Below are positions 31,014 to 43,120 of a stretch of 64,000 nt of DNA, one piece after another. The stretch comes from Haliotis cracherodii (lineage: Eukaryota): positions 74,958,001 through 75,022,000 of the forward strand of contig NW_027266286.1 of assembly GCF_022045235.1 (NCBI RefSeq), read 5' to 3'. Under the pieces are notes generated by a model. That model was given only the letters and a program-made list of their open reading frames with translations, was not told the DNA's origin and searched no databases. The position numbers and the translations under genes are program-made. The first letter of the stretch is position 1. Each line of letters starts with the position of its first letter.

Positions 31014-31568
31014 CATTTCCTGCCAAATCACATCTGATTGTATGAAGATTGCCATATCCTGACAAATCACATCTGATTCTATGAAGATAACCATTTCCTG
31101 ACATATCACATCTGATTCTAAGAAGATAACCATTTCCTGACAAATCACATCTGATTCTATGAAGATTACCATTTCCTGACAAATCACATCTGATTCTATG
31201 AAGATTACCATTTCCTGACAAATCACATCTGATTCTATGAAGATTACCATTTCCTGACATATCACATCTGATTCTATGAAGATTACAATTTCCCAACATA
31301 TCACATCTGATTCTATGAAGATTACTATTTCCTGACATATCACATCTGATTCTATGAAGATTACCATTTCCTGACATATCACATCTGATTCTATGAAGAT
31401 TACCATTTCCTGACATATCACATCTGATTCTATGAAGATTACAATTTCCTGACATATCACATCTGATTCTATGAAGATTACCATTTCTTGACATATCACA
31501 TCTGATTCTATAAAGATTACCATTTCCTGACAAATCACATCTGATTCTATGAAGAGTACCATTTCCAA
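31014..31568. repeat. 39-bp minisatellite
   Basis: About 14 tandem copies; same unit as 23258-23850. Confidence 0.92.
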
Positions 31569-32311
31569 GTCTTACAATGTTTGAAACAGTTGGCGTTGCC
31601 GTTGCCCATAGACAAAACATTGAAAGAAGGGAACGTAAAATCACTTTATGTAAACTCATATATCGCCTTCAGATGTTCAGCATTCTTTTCAGCTATTATA
31701 GAAGAGTATGTGGGTTTGGGTTTTTTCTACGCTAAACTATGCGACAGTAGCCTGTAAACAAACGAATCTGGACCAGACAATCCAGTGACTGATATCATGA
31801 GCATCGATCCACGCAAGTCCCCGAAACTGCCCACCGGATCCGCTGACCTGCCCCTGACGGCAAGCTGGGGACTAATTCAAACCCCGAATCCCAACGGGTG
31901 ACTCAGTAAAGAGTCTAGAGCCACGGAAACTGACGATCCTGACCGAGGCGTCTCCGGTGGCCTCCCGCACTACATGCGTCAGTAAGAGTGGTTCATGTTT
32001 ACGCTTTTTCGCATCTCTCTTCTATTAAGGTGCCAACAGTAAAAAATACAACACGTTTCTTTGGTTTTTTTAACAAAAGCAGTTTTAATGATGTCTTAAT
32101 ATCGCACAGGTATGACAACACATTATTTCACAAGTGACACTTTGAATAAATGTAAAGGGGGATTTCTTTTAAAAAACGCGATGAACAGTTTTTTTTCTCA
32201 GCCTCAGATACTTCCTCAGATTTAAAATGTTTTTATCGCCTCACTCGAGACACGTGACCTTCCAACATTGGATAATGATCATGTCGCTACTTTCTTAGTT
32301 TGTCATTAATA

Positions 32312-33082
32312 TTACAAGGCCTCACTCGACACAGATGTATCCTGGGAAATGCCGTACTTAAACTTGAGTTGCCCGGCAACTTTCCACGTGACTTTCTTCC
32401 CTTGGATGGTGACCATATCGTTGGGGTTGAATCTGCCTTTGGCACTCTCGTCCTGGAGGATGGTGGCTATGTCACCTTCGGTTACAGTTTGCGACGCACC
32501 GTTGGTCATCCTGACCAGCACTTTGCCTCTGATGTGAACCTCGGCGTCAAAGTCGAACTGGCTCTCCGTCTCCGTGACGCACAGGGTGGCTGTGGTGCGG
32601 GTGTAGGGCTGGGCCTTCACTGTGGAGTTCAGAGACCACTTGATGGAATGTTTCACCGTGTTGTCGTCCTCCTGTTTGATGTGGACGTCGCTGCCGAAGC
32701 TCGCAGTGGATTTGGAGATGCTCTCGGGGACGTCAATGTTGATGCCGACGTCGCCGCCTTTGGAGAAGCCCTTTGTGATGCTGGTCCTGACGACAGCCTC
32801 GGTTTCCCTCTCCATCATGAAGGTGTGGCTCTGGACCTCCTCAGTGTTGTTTTCATAGTTGGAAGTGAAGACGACCTGGGAGTTGGTGTTGCTGTTCTGG
32901 GATTGTCTGCGTCCTCCATACTGCTGCCGCTGATACATGCTGTGGGGCGTGAAGCTCGAGCTGACGGTGGAGAAGTGGACTTTGTGCCAGTCGATGTCCA
33001 TCGCCTTGTTGCTGGTGTTTCCGACCCCCACTCGGTGCTCTACCCACTTTCTGATAACAGATTCAAGCTCGATGACTCCCAT
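32312..33082 (-). CDS. ETX/MTX2 (aerolysin-fold) beta-pore-forming protein, copy A2 (256 aa)
   Basis: Differs from A1 at only 4 amino acids; same gene structure. Confidence 0.82.
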   Translation of the reverse strand: MGVIELESVIRKWVEHRVGVGNTSNKAMDIDWHKVHFSTVSSSFTPHSMYQRQQYGGRRQSQNSNTNSQVVFTSNYENNTEEVQSHTFMMERETEAVVRTSITKGFSKGGDVGINIDVPESISKSTASFGSDVHIKQEDDNTVKHSIKWSLNSTVKAQPYTRTTATLCVTETESQFDFDAEVHIRGKVLVRMTNGASQTVTEGDIATILQDESAKGRFNPNDMVTIQGKKVTWKVAGQLKFKYGISQDTSVSSEAL

Positions 33083-33849
33083 GTTGATTTCTGAAAGGAA
33101 AAATCAAATAAGCTTACAAACACTACCTAAATAGGTACATGTATAAATAATAGCCACAGCCACAACGATAACAAATCTTTAATAGAGGCCACTGTACGAT
33201 CCCGACTCCCGCGAAAATGTGAATATATACATAACTGCTTCGTTCAAATGAATTATAAAGAAATATTGATGAACACACAGGTGAGCGTGCTGACGTCAGG
33301 CATAGCACTCTTCACATTGTTACATTATCATGTAATACTCTATATAGACCACCAACGTACATTACCTCGACTCGTTTACTACACACGAAACTAAGTTACA
33401 CTCTATCATTTATTCTCTGATTCCAAAATAGCGGCTTCCACGATAAAGGAAAATATCCCTTACATGTTACTAAAAATGTTCAACTCCTATTCCCATCTTA
33501 CGGCAGATATAAGGTATACATGACATTGTCGGTTGGCGATAGGTCCGATTTATATTCTGTCAGCCCTGATTAAATTTCCCTGCTAAATACCTGAGAAATA
33601 ATTCCCACATCCTATATATCCTCTTGATATTTAAAAATACCAAAATGAAATTGTATCACATACAGACAAACATATAATAAGTACAAACATATTAGAAAAT
33701 GAAATTTTAGAAATATCAAACTCACTTACTCATTTTTTAGATAATCGGTTTTAGAAATATCAAACTCACTTAGATTAATTAGAGTTTGCAAATAAGACAC
33801 GAAAATATGAGACGATAACGCATGACTGAAATTAAATATGTACACCTAC

Positions 33850-34110
33850 CTTGTGTGAGTACTGACACTTAATATTCAGTGTGAAGGTGGGGAGAGGCAA
33901 ATACTTGACGAAGAGAACGCTTGAAGCTCAGTCTCCGAATGGAAAGCAGTCCTGAAAGTAGTGTCCATTTATACCATGTTCTGAAATTAAATATAAATCC
34001 ATGTCAGACCTGGAATATTCTTCACGTTTTTGATGATCGGGAAATTCTTCAAGTCAGTGGATTTTCCTTTCCATTGTCTGCACGTGCTCGACGACTGGGG
34101 ATTTACTTTA
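33850..34110 (-). promoter_or_regulatory. Non-coding exon 1, TATA box and kB-like sites of toxin gene A2
   Basis: TATAAA at 33973-33968; GGGAAATTCT at 34039, TGGATTTTCC at 34058 and GGGGATTTAC at ~34097. Confidence 0.5.
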
Positions 34111-34311
34111 TATTTATATCCACACGTCGACTGTGCAATAAGACTTATGACATCAGTGACGATAATATATCCACATCATGTTGCTCTATCACCCACTTGC
34201 CACAGCTCGATCGGACCACTCAGGTAACTAGTCAATCAATAAGGACAACGCGCATCGATTCTCGCGAGCTGCCGAGAAGCACACACATACATACCCGCCA
34301 CGGCCGAGCTA

Positions 34312-34362
<51 letters not shown>

Positions 34363-35349
34363 ACATACCCCGCCACGGCCGAGCTATAACACAACTCTTT
34401 TCGTGTACTGCCATAACGCTTCTATCCGTGTAATGAGCTCAGGGCTCGAGTCGTGTATACCAGTCGGTATCAATAGCTATGGCTGCACTCTGCCGTACCT
34501 ATACTTAACTCGCATGAATGGGATTGATCTACACATTGCATTGCGGGCTAAGCCAGTGTTGAGGCTGCCGCGTTGTGAATGANNNNNNNNNNNNNNNNNN
34601 NNNNNNNNNNNNNNNNNNNNNNNNNNNNNNNNNNNNNNNNNNNNNNNNNNNNNNNNNNNNNNNNNNNNNNNNNNNNNNNNNNNNNNNNNNNNNNNNNNNN
34701 NNNNNNNNNNNNNNNNNNNNNNNNNTAGTGTGGTGTCATCAGGTCAGTTCTATATGGCAGAGAGACCCATTGACTAGGGTGGTGTCATCAGGTCGGTTCT
34801 ATATGGGAGGAGAGACCCATTGACTAGGGTGGTGTCATCAGGTCGGTTCTATATGGGAGGAGAGACCAAATGGCACAGACTGTAGACATTTAATACATTA
34901 CTGAAACACAGGAGCAAGGGTAGGGTGCTGACAAACCAGATCGACCAGACCTCGGGCTAATGTCACTTATGGGCGGTGGAAATTAAGTTACTTTACTTGT
35001 ATACACTGGGCCTTGTCAAACGCGGAATCTGAATATTGCGAAATGTATTTTGATATGTTTCATTACCATATTCCCGGAGTATGACGTTCAGGGTTTTACC
35101 ATACAACGTGACATCTTTAAATATCACCATATACCAACAACGCATTCATGAATATTATGAATTGAAGTTCTGTCATGGGTATATTTGGAATGTTTTATGA
35201 CCAGCCCACAGTAGTTATACACCATTCTTATGTCGCAATAGAAGCTACAGCTTGATATGGAGTTTTTTCCCGGAGTGGAGTGGAAACTGGTAGTTTAGAC
35301 AACATGCAGTCAGGGGGCTGATAGCCTTGTTTTCCCGAAATCCACATAA

Positions 35350-36680
35350 TTAGACAGCATATTTTGTTGTGTCATAGGTACCCATAGTTTAGACAGCATA
35401 TATTGTTGTGTCATAGGTACCCATAGTTAGACAGCATATATTGTTGTGTCATAGGTAACCATAGTTTAGACAGCATCTATTATTGTGTCATCAGTACCCA
35501 TAGTTAGACAACATATATTGTTGTGTCAGCGGTACCCATAGTTTAGACGGCATCTATTGTTGTGTCATTGGTACCCATAGTTACACAGCATATATTGTTG
35601 TGTCATCGGTAACCATAGTTTAGACAGCATCTATTGTTGTGTCATAGGTACCCATAGTTAGACGGTATATTTTGTTGTGTCAGCGGTACCCATAGTTAGA
35701 CAGCATATATTGTTGTGTCATTGGTAACCATAGTTTAGACAGCATCTATTGTTGTGTCATAGGTACCCATAGTTAGACGGTATATTTTGTTGTGTCATCG
35801 GTACCCATAGTTAGACAGCATATATTGTTGTGTCATCGGTACCCATAGTTTAGACAGCATATATTGTTGTGTCAGCGGTACCCATAGTTAGACGGCATAT
35901 ATTGTTGTGTCATTAGTACCCATAGTTAGACAGCATCTATTGTTGTGTCATTGGTACTCATAGTTAGACAGCATATATTGTTGTGTCATTGGTACACATA
36001 GTTAGACAGCATATATTGTTGTGTCAGCGGTACCCATAGTTTAGACAGCATATATTGTTGTGTCATTGGTACTCATAGTTAGACAACATATATTGTTGTG
36101 TCATTGGTACTCATAGTTAGACAACATATATTGTTGTGTCATTGGTACCCATAGTTAGACAACATATATTGTTGTGTCAGCGGTACCCATAGTTAGACAG
36201 CATATATTGTTGTGTCAGCGGTACCCATAGTTTAGACGGCATATATTGTTGTGTCAGCAGTACCCATAGTTAGACGGCATATATTGTTGTGTCAGCGGTA
36301 CCCATAGTTTAGACGGCATATATTGTTGTGTCAGCAGTACCCATAGTTAGACGGCATATATTGTTGTGTCATTGGTACCCATAGTTAGACAGCATGTATT
36401 GTTGTGTCAGCAGTACCCATAGTTAGACAGCATCTATTGTTGTGTCATTGGTACCCATAGTTAGACGGCATATATTGTTGTGTCATTGGTACCCATAGTT
36501 TAGACAGCATGTACTGTTGTGTCGGCGGTACCCATAGTTAAGACAGCATATATTGTTGTGTCATTGGTACCCATAGTTAAGACAGCATATATTGTTGTGT
36601 CATTGGTACCCATAGTTAAGACAGCATATATTGTTGTGTCAACGGTACCCATAGTTTAGACAGCATGTATTGTTGTGTCC
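35350..36680. repeat. 38/39-bp minisatellite
   Basis: Same unit as 27741-30070, with fewer copies. Confidence 0.95.
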
Positions 36681-36958
36681 CCGCAAGAACACCTTGAAGT
36701 ACAACATGTGGATTGATTGATAGTATGGGATAGTATGTTGATAATCAGGGAGTCACCAGGATCTTTGCGTCACGGACATCAGGCAGCACCATCCTTCGCC
36801 TTAAGCCCTTTCACTGTCGATTGTCTGTCTCACATCTTCTGAATCAGGGTCAGAATAGGTTCCCAAGATCAAATACTTGTGGTTCAAGCCGACCTGTTAT
36901 TTGGTGGTTACAATGAGTGATGTGGTTAACTGTGTGTCATGGTGCCTCAGTGTGTGAC

Positions 36959-37200
36959 CGACCAGTGAAGATCCGGGTAAGAGTAGGTCTTCAGAAACCC
37001 ACGCTTATCGTAAGAGGCGAATAACAGCATCTTTGGTCAGGCTCGCTGGCTTTGCTGATGCTATCATTGTATCCCAATTGAGTATATCGATGCTCTTGAT
37101 ATTTATAACTGGATTGTCTGGTCCAGAATCGATTATTTATAGACCGCCGTCATATAGCTGGAATATTGCTGAGTGCGTCGTTAAACAAAAAACGAACAAT
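36959..37200 (+). mobile_element. SINE-like repeat, family 2
   Basis: Duplicate of 30350-30590. Confidence 0.75.
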
Positions 37201-37701
37201 GTCACCTGGTTGATGTATGTCATCGCACTTCTGTGAGATGGATAGGGGTCCATGTCGTCCATCAGGAGCGGTGCTCATATTATCAACCACTGGTTTGCCC
37301 TGACACTCACTCACTCACTCACTTACATATTTGTATTTTGATCTTTCCATACAACTCACATCCTACACCGACCTGTGTATGATTATAAAATGGCTGCCAT
37401 AAAAGCCGAGATCCCGGCATCAATACAAAACTCAGAGAAGTTACCATGATTTTATTTTGGTCGTCATACAGACGTAGATAAATAGATGTTTGGCAGTCAG
37501 GGTCCCGACAGACCTGGTAACAAGGATGTTTCATCTGTGGACCGGACTAACTGGCAGTCAGGGTCCCGACAGATCTGGTAACAAGTGGACACACAAACTT
37601 TGGGTTATTTCTGCATAAGGAAAGAGGAGTTAAACAAGAGTCCAACAGAGTCTGGTTAGAAGGGTGTCACCACCAGAGTGACGTTACTGCTTCTGCTGAA
37701 C

Positions 37702-38466
37702 TTACTTCTTCTGCTCCTCCTCGTTGTACACCTCCACTTCCTGCGACACACCGAACCGGAAGTTGAGCGACCCAGTCACGTCCCAGGTTACCTTCCTTGA
37801 TCCGGTGTCAACGGCGACACCCGGTGTTTGCTTGAATTTGGCATCTTCATCCAAGATGGTGGCCAGGTCATTCTCCATGACCCGTAGAACTAATCCGCTG
37901 CCATCCATGATCCGTACCAGAACCCGCCCCTTCAAGGTGACCTTGGCCTGGAAGGTGAAGTCATACGTCTCCTCTTCAATCCTGAGGACGGCGACCGTTG
38001 TCTTACCAGGCGGGGCGTTCACCTTGGAGGTGATGGACCAGTTCACAGAGTGCTTCACCGTGTTCTCGTCCTCTGTCTCCACGCTCACGTCCGACCCGAA
38101 GCTGCCCGTTGCATTGGAGACATCGTCAGGAACGCTGATCTGTATTCCAACGTTGCCGTCTCTGGTGAAGCCGTTTGACAAAGAGGTCGTGACCGTGGCC
38201 TCGATCTGTTTCTCCATGATGAATGTATGTTCCTGGGTGGCGTTCGTCCTGTTCGTGTATTTGGATCTGAACAGGACACCAGATGGAGAATGAGAGCCAG
38301 TAGCAAGCGAGGGTCTAGTGAGGAACTTTGGGTCTGTGGTTCTGATACGGAGTTTCTTGGTTTCAACCTCTAGCCTCACGACACCTTTGCTAACATCCCC
38401 GTCACTGATGTTGCTCCACTTCTTGGCCCAATCCTCCAATGGCTTATGGAGGTCGTGAACTGGCAT
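37702..38466 (-). CDS. ETX/MTX2 (aerolysin-fold) beta-pore-forming protein, paralogue B (254 aa from MPVHDL)
   Basis: VLFRSKYTNRTNATQEHTFIMEKQ, GFTRDGNVGIQISVP and KHSVNWSITSKVNAPPGKTT align with A1/A2. There is an acceptor at 38471-38470 before the ATG at 38466 and a GTAAGT donor at 38846. Confidence 0.82.
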   Translation of the reverse strand: MPVHDLHKPLEDWAKKWSNISDGDVSKGVVRLEVETKKLRIRTTDPKFLTRPSLATGSHSPSGVLFRSKYTNRTNATQEHTFIMEKQIEATVTTSLSNGFTRDGNVGIQISVPDDVSNATGSFGSDVSVETEDENTVKHSVNWSITSKVNAPPGKTTVAVLRIEEETYDFTFQAKVTLKGRVLVRIMDGSGLVLRVMENDLATILDEDAKFKQTPGVAVDTGSRKVTWDVTGSLNFRFGVSQEVEVYNEEEQKK

Positions 38467-40093
38467 GTTCTGACAAAACCAATACATGTATTAACAATTA
38501 CCCAAAGTTACTCCATTCTAACTACATCTTAATTTTAACCATATGAAAGGGACAACCTTTCTGAAAATGTTTTTAACGTTTCAGTTAAGACATCAAAACT
38601 CTGCATAAAGTAATGAAACAATTTGTCATAAAGAGAGAAATTGGATATAAAATTAACCCAGTAAGAGACTTCAAGCCGACAAGCAAATGTAAAAATAAGT
38701 CACAATAAGGGAATATAAGTGACAAGCTTAATTTACTCATAAACCCACATACTATTCTATTGCACCAAGGTAACGATACATTAAACCTGGACATATAGCA
38801 CAACACGACTATTAATGACGTAAACTATTGATCAGCTGACACTTACCAACGTAGAAGGGTGGCTGTCGGCAGAATTGGGTAGAAGTGGTCCAACTCGTAG
38901 ATGCCCGGGGAATGGAGTCTTTCCGTCAGGGTCTGCACTTTATGCATGTTCTAGCCTGAAATAACGACAACGCAGACCACAACTACGATACATGGGATTT
39001 CTCTGACGCCTCGGGATCTGTGTCATTTACAGAAATAGACCCAACAGGAGGGTTTGCCACGACGCATTCTAACTATGGAATTATTAGAATCACAGTGTGG
39101 ACCTGGCTCGATGGTATCTCGCGCCATGGGGTGAACTACGTGGCACTAACTGTAACTCGGGAATCTACACAAGGTCTAATATAGACTCCCTCACAGTGTG
39201 CGAGCCCAGTCTTAATTTTATAACTGATATTTTTTCCCGCCAAAAAAAAAAAGCCTCGTTCTCAAGTGCGACCTATATACAGTAAACATAGTTTGCTAGC
39301 AGTCGACAGATTTACTCTCTAGTCTCTGTCAACTGGACAAACAGAGGGCATTACTAAAAAACGGTGTTTTGTTTGTTTTATTAGTTGTCCATGTGACTCA
39401 ATATATTCACTGAAAATTGATGCTTTTTCACCTTGGTGATAAAATATATTCATTTCATGATTAGGACCATCTTTGGTCAACTTTCCCAGCTGTATCTATA
39501 CCTGACAGGACTACATGTGCTACCATCATGAAACGATGTCTTACATTTCATTCATACTATTATTCTAACTTCTATTTTCTCTTCTTTGTAAGTACCTGAC
39601 TTTTTGGATGGCATTTTGAACATTTTGATGGCCATGCACGCTTCCTAATACAGATGCTATGTCAATGTGCCCCCATGAATATTACAGATATAGAACTTTC
39701 ATAACCCAAGGTAGCACATGGCATTTAATATATATCAATAGTCAATTAACTGAAACTGGTATTGAAAAGAATCGTGTATGCTTTGTCCAGACAAAGAAGG
39801 TACCACGTAAGTTCTCTAAATACTGAAGCCCTCAGACAATGGGAGACAGAAACGGCTTTGCGTTGACGGCCATTGAGCAAACTGTATGTGATTGGCGTAT
39901 TTAATCAGGCAGGGAAATTGCATTTTGATTGTCAGGGCTGGTGTAGTGAGTTGTTGGTTTCCTTACGTCGTTTATTGTCCCTGGGAATCATGGTTACATT
40001 TTGAATAAATCCGATTTTATAATGCTCGTAATGGTCGTCCTATTCGCATTTCGCCGCCTTATGAATCTGTGTACTGACTTCAAAGTTCCACCG

Positions 40094-40258
40094 GGCGGTG
40101 GGTTAGCCTAGTGGTTAAAACGTTCACTCGTCACGCCGAAGACCCGGGTTCGATTACCCACATGGTTACAAAGTGTGAAGCCCATGTCTGGTGTTCCCCT
40201 CCCTTATGTTACTGGAATATTGCGCAAGCTTGCGTAAAACCAAACTCACTCACTCATT
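40094..40258 (+). mobile_element. tRNA-derived SINE, family 1
   Basis: TAGCCTAGTGG A box, GGTTCGATT B box and ACTC tail. Confidence 0.8.
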
Positions 40259-40382
40259 CATTACTCAGGGCTCAATGGAGTTAAAGTACATCAAGGCGTG
40301 TCACCACGCGAGGAAAGCGGTGCATCAGGTGGTAAATATTTACCCTGTGATCATGGTAATCACGGTACACGAGAGTAGGTGT

Positions 40383-40666
40383 AGTAGTATAGGTAATAGG
40401 GGTTCTGGCTCACTTCCACTGGAACGGGATTCATATACTTATACCACCACTACAGGAGGAATTTTTTATGCCAAAATGACTATGCGATTCAATGATAGTC
40501 ATGAGATTAAGTTAAATTGACCACCACCTGGAGTCTATGATATAAATTTTTATAGGTAATGGGGGTTCTGGCTCACTTCCACTGGAGCTGGATTCATATA
40601 CCTATACTGCTACTACAGGGGGAATTTTTTATGCCAAAATGATTATGCGATTCAACGATAGTCATG
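40383..40666 (+). repeat. Polinton left terminal inverted repeat (284 bp)
   Basis: Reverse complement of 55045-55328 with one mismatch seen; contains an internal ~116-bp direct repeat. Confidence 0.95.
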
Positions 40667-40674
40667 GCTCTAGC

Positions 40675-40932
40675 TCACCAATACCTGGGTCCAATCATTG
40701 CTTTAGATGAGTCTAAATGGTAATAAAAATATTCTTCATTATTTTTATCTATAAAGCGATATTCAACATTTTTATTAAGTTCTTCGTTCATTTTACTAGG
40801 AGACCAGACTATATAACTACACTCTTTTTGTAAATTGATAAGAAACAATTGATTACCGTATTTGGTTGGTTTGACATCACTGATATAATAAAACCCTTGT
40901 GGTAATTCTCTCCATTTAATAGTTTTTTCCAT
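40675..40932 (-). CDS. Polinton small hypothetical protein (85 aa)
   Basis: ATG ORF between the TIR and the next gene, preceded by the CATTTAGACAAATG motif shared with other element genes. Confidence 0.55.
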   Translation of the reverse strand: MEKTIKWRELPQGFYYISDVKPTKYGNQLFLINLQKECSYIVWSPSKMNEELNKNVEYRFIDKNNEEYFYYHLDSSKAMIGPRYW

Positions 40933-40981
40933 TATTATATATTTATGTAAGCATTTGTCTAAATGTAATCACACGATATTT

Positions 40982-41587
40982 TTAATCTCCAACCAGTTCT
41001 TTGGTTTTGGCACGGAATAATTGACGCGCTTGTTGCCTCCCTTGTTCTATGAACTTTTTGTTATCGTCTTCGCTAATACCACTGGTCTTATGAGATTTTG
41101 ATCGAATCTCCTGCTTCATTTCATTGTATTTGGTGAGTTCTGACAGCACTAAACGAAACTCATCCTCGGATATCTTACAATCGGCCACTGCTGTCGAAAT
41201 ATGGTCCTCGATGCTGTTCAACTTTGCTTCGGCTAGTATCCGAATACTATCGTGTTTTAATGCTTTCTTTTGCAACCTACGAGAAATGAATTTTATCGCT
41301 ATTCCTGCCAGTCCCGAGGCTCCAGCCGCTATTTCCATGCCGAGCACGATAGGCACGGCGATTATAGTTGATAGTAAACCGACACCGGCTACACCGAGTC
41401 CCATGCCAGCTACTACAAGCGCGGTGTCAACTCCGTCCAGAGCATTCACGGCTCTGCGATACTTTTTATACAATCCAAGTCTCAACTCCCTATCCTTTTC
41501 TATTCGATGTTTTATGTCGTTTATTTGATGTAATCGAAATCCATCAACAGTTTCCATCATTTCATCGAGCGCTGGATATAAACTCAT
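40982..41587 (-). CDS. Polinton helical protein with a Gly/Ala-rich hydrophobic hairpin (candidate membrane-active protein), 201 aa
   Basis: TALVVAGMGLGVAGVGLLSTIIAVPIVLGMEIAAGASGLAGIAI flanked by coiled-coil-like helices; this ORF type recurs in invertebrate Polintons. Confidence 0.75.
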   Translation of the reverse strand: MSLYPALDEMMETVDGFRLHQINDIKHRIEKDRELRLGLYKKYRRAVNALDGVDTALVVAGMGLGVAGVGLLSTIIAVPIVLGMEIAAGASGLAGIAIKFISRRLQKKALKHDSIRILAEAKLNSIEDHISTAVADCKISEDEFRLVLSELTKYNEMKQEIRSKSHKTSGISEDDNKKFIEQGRQQARQLFRAKTKELVGD

Positions 41588-41595
41588 AGTGTATA

Positions 41596-42408
41596 TTACG
41601 AATATATAATAGTCTTTAATTGGTCTTGCTTAAATGTTTTGAGAGTATACATCAACCTTATCAAATGTATATTATACGGCAAGAATATCTTAGAAAGGGA
41701 AATACTACCACTTTTAATAATTTGAACCCCCTCGAGGGATGTAACGGGTGATGCACCGACATGAATAATACTGCAACGTTGACGCTCGTGTTTCTTGAGC
41801 CATTTAATCGATAGACCTGGTAATATTTCGAAGGCATCTACCGGTGCATCTCCGAACAAGACTTCAATAATAAGCGTAGAAATATTAGGTATTGCACTCA
41901 AGTTCTGTTTAATATCATCGAATTCGGTAACCAAATTTAAACTAACATTTTGGATTGCCGGACGACTATATAACATATGACCTGGTTTTTCTGGCAGGGG
42001 AGTGACTAACACACTTTTTCGTTTTGACGGGATATAGGCCGCGAGTACGATGCCACTATTTATTATCTTAGTTAAATTATGTCCCTTACCCATCATCGCA
42101 TAAGGTGGGGTAATGACGATATTAAGTAGCCACTTGATGTTTGCCTCAACCATAGTCCATTTATTCTCACTGTTGTAAATGATATTGTACGGAGTGGTTT
42201 TAAGGAGTCTACTAACGTCGACATCGCTTAAATCTTCTAGATTACCCGCGAATGTAACTTCTTTCCGCTTGTATACATTATCGTGTAAGTGTAAAGCGTA
42301 TAACTTACCATTGGTACCGGGTTTATCGAATCCTTCTGTGTCTCCGAGATCGGAAAGCGCAATTGTATTACATTGTCTTATCGTTCCAGGGCCTGATGCA
42401 TCAACCAT
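41596..42408 (-). CDS. Polinton hypothetical protein (270 aa), possible fibre/spike
   Basis: Long ORF overlapping the penton stop codon; two LxDLxD(V) repeats near the N-terminus. Confidence 0.6.
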   Translation of the reverse strand: MVDASGPGTIRQCNTIALSDLGDTEGFDKPGTNGKLYALHLHDNVYKRKEVTFAGNLEDLSDVDVSRLLKTTPYNIIYNSENKWTMVEANIKWLLNIVITPPYAMMGKGHNLTKIINSGIVLAAYIPSKRKSVLVTPLPEKPGHMLYSRPAIQNVSLNLVTEFDDIKQNLSAIPNISTLIIEVLFGDAPVDAFEILPGLSIKWLKKHERQRCSIIHVGASPVTSLEGVQIIKSGSISLSKIFLPYNIHLIRLMYTLKTFKQDQLKTIIYS

Positions 42409-43078
42409 TATTTATAATATGGAGTGTTACACTTAAGTATCCTATATGTACAGGTTGGTGTTTTACATCTAATACAGAAATTTTGAGGTCTGAAATAATA
42501 CCACGCTTCAATTTTTTATATTGTAATGATGAGAAAGATTCCGTTCTACCGCTATTGTATTTTTCATTCTTCACTGGAACACTTCTGAGTAGAGTTGAAG
42601 GACTTTCTTGTTGAATATTATCCGTCGTGCTGATTTGATCAAGATGGATGCACAGCTCTTTATAGGGAGCTAAATCGGGTAATGTATTTCCCTCATTTGA
42701 TGAATCGACTATTATAGTATAATTGGTTGCAAATCCAATTGTAATTCTTAAGTTCCTGTAAGGAATTACACCCATTCCTCCAGGGGATAATTTCAGTCTC
42801 CCAGTCGCCTCATTTTGTGTTAGACTAGCTCCATAAGGCTTAAAAAATTCATCATTGAGTGAGCATACGCTGTAATACCCATCAGGTATAGTAATAATTC
42901 TATCTCTTTCATGTGTTAATATTATCTCATTATTTCCTCTCGCAGCACTTATATTGGTCCACCGCGGGTAATAGGTTACATCGCATAGAGCGACTTCGAG
43001 TTGTCCATCCGAGTTATCGATAGTACGAAGCAGTTCAATAGACTGACTATTTGTTATTCCCAGGAGTGTAACATACAT
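42401..43078 (-). CDS. Polinton minor capsid (penton-like, single jelly-roll) protein, copy 1
   Basis: EVALCDVTYY..WTNIS...NN...IPDGYYSV..LN and C-terminal LCIHLDQI...LLRSVPV...LQYKKL...ISVLD...VTLHI pattern typical of Polinton pentons. Confidence 0.72.
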   Translation of the reverse strand: MYVTLLGITNSQSIELLRTIDNSDGQLEVALCDVTYYPRWTNISAARGNNEIILTHERDRIITIPDGYYSVCSLNDEFFKPYGASLTQNEATGRLKLSPGGMGVIPYRNLRITIGFATNYTIIVDSSNEGNTLPDLAPYKELCIHLDQISTTDNIQQESPSTLLRSVPVKNEKYNSGRTESFSSLQYKKLKRGIISDLKISVLDVKHQPVHIGYLSVTLHIINNG

Positions 43079-43120
43079 ATCAAATATACAATGATACTAT
43101 ATCATAACTTAAATATGGAA

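Noticed and set aside
30873-31659. 231- and 246-aa repetitive ORFs (also 23601-23942)
   Set aside because: Translations of the 39-bp minisatellite (unit divisible by 3) running into the toxin-B stub; not credible genes.
23258-37782. Duplicated toxin block as a haplotype assembly artefact
   Set aside because: The junction is gap-free, falls inside a gene and has a unique templated insertion; the N gap lies elsewhere. Read-level confirmation is still advisable.
40191-40520. ORFs crossing the Polinton ends (also 55191-55394 and 55324-55988)
   Set aside because: Chance frames spanning SINE, TIR and minisatellite sequence.
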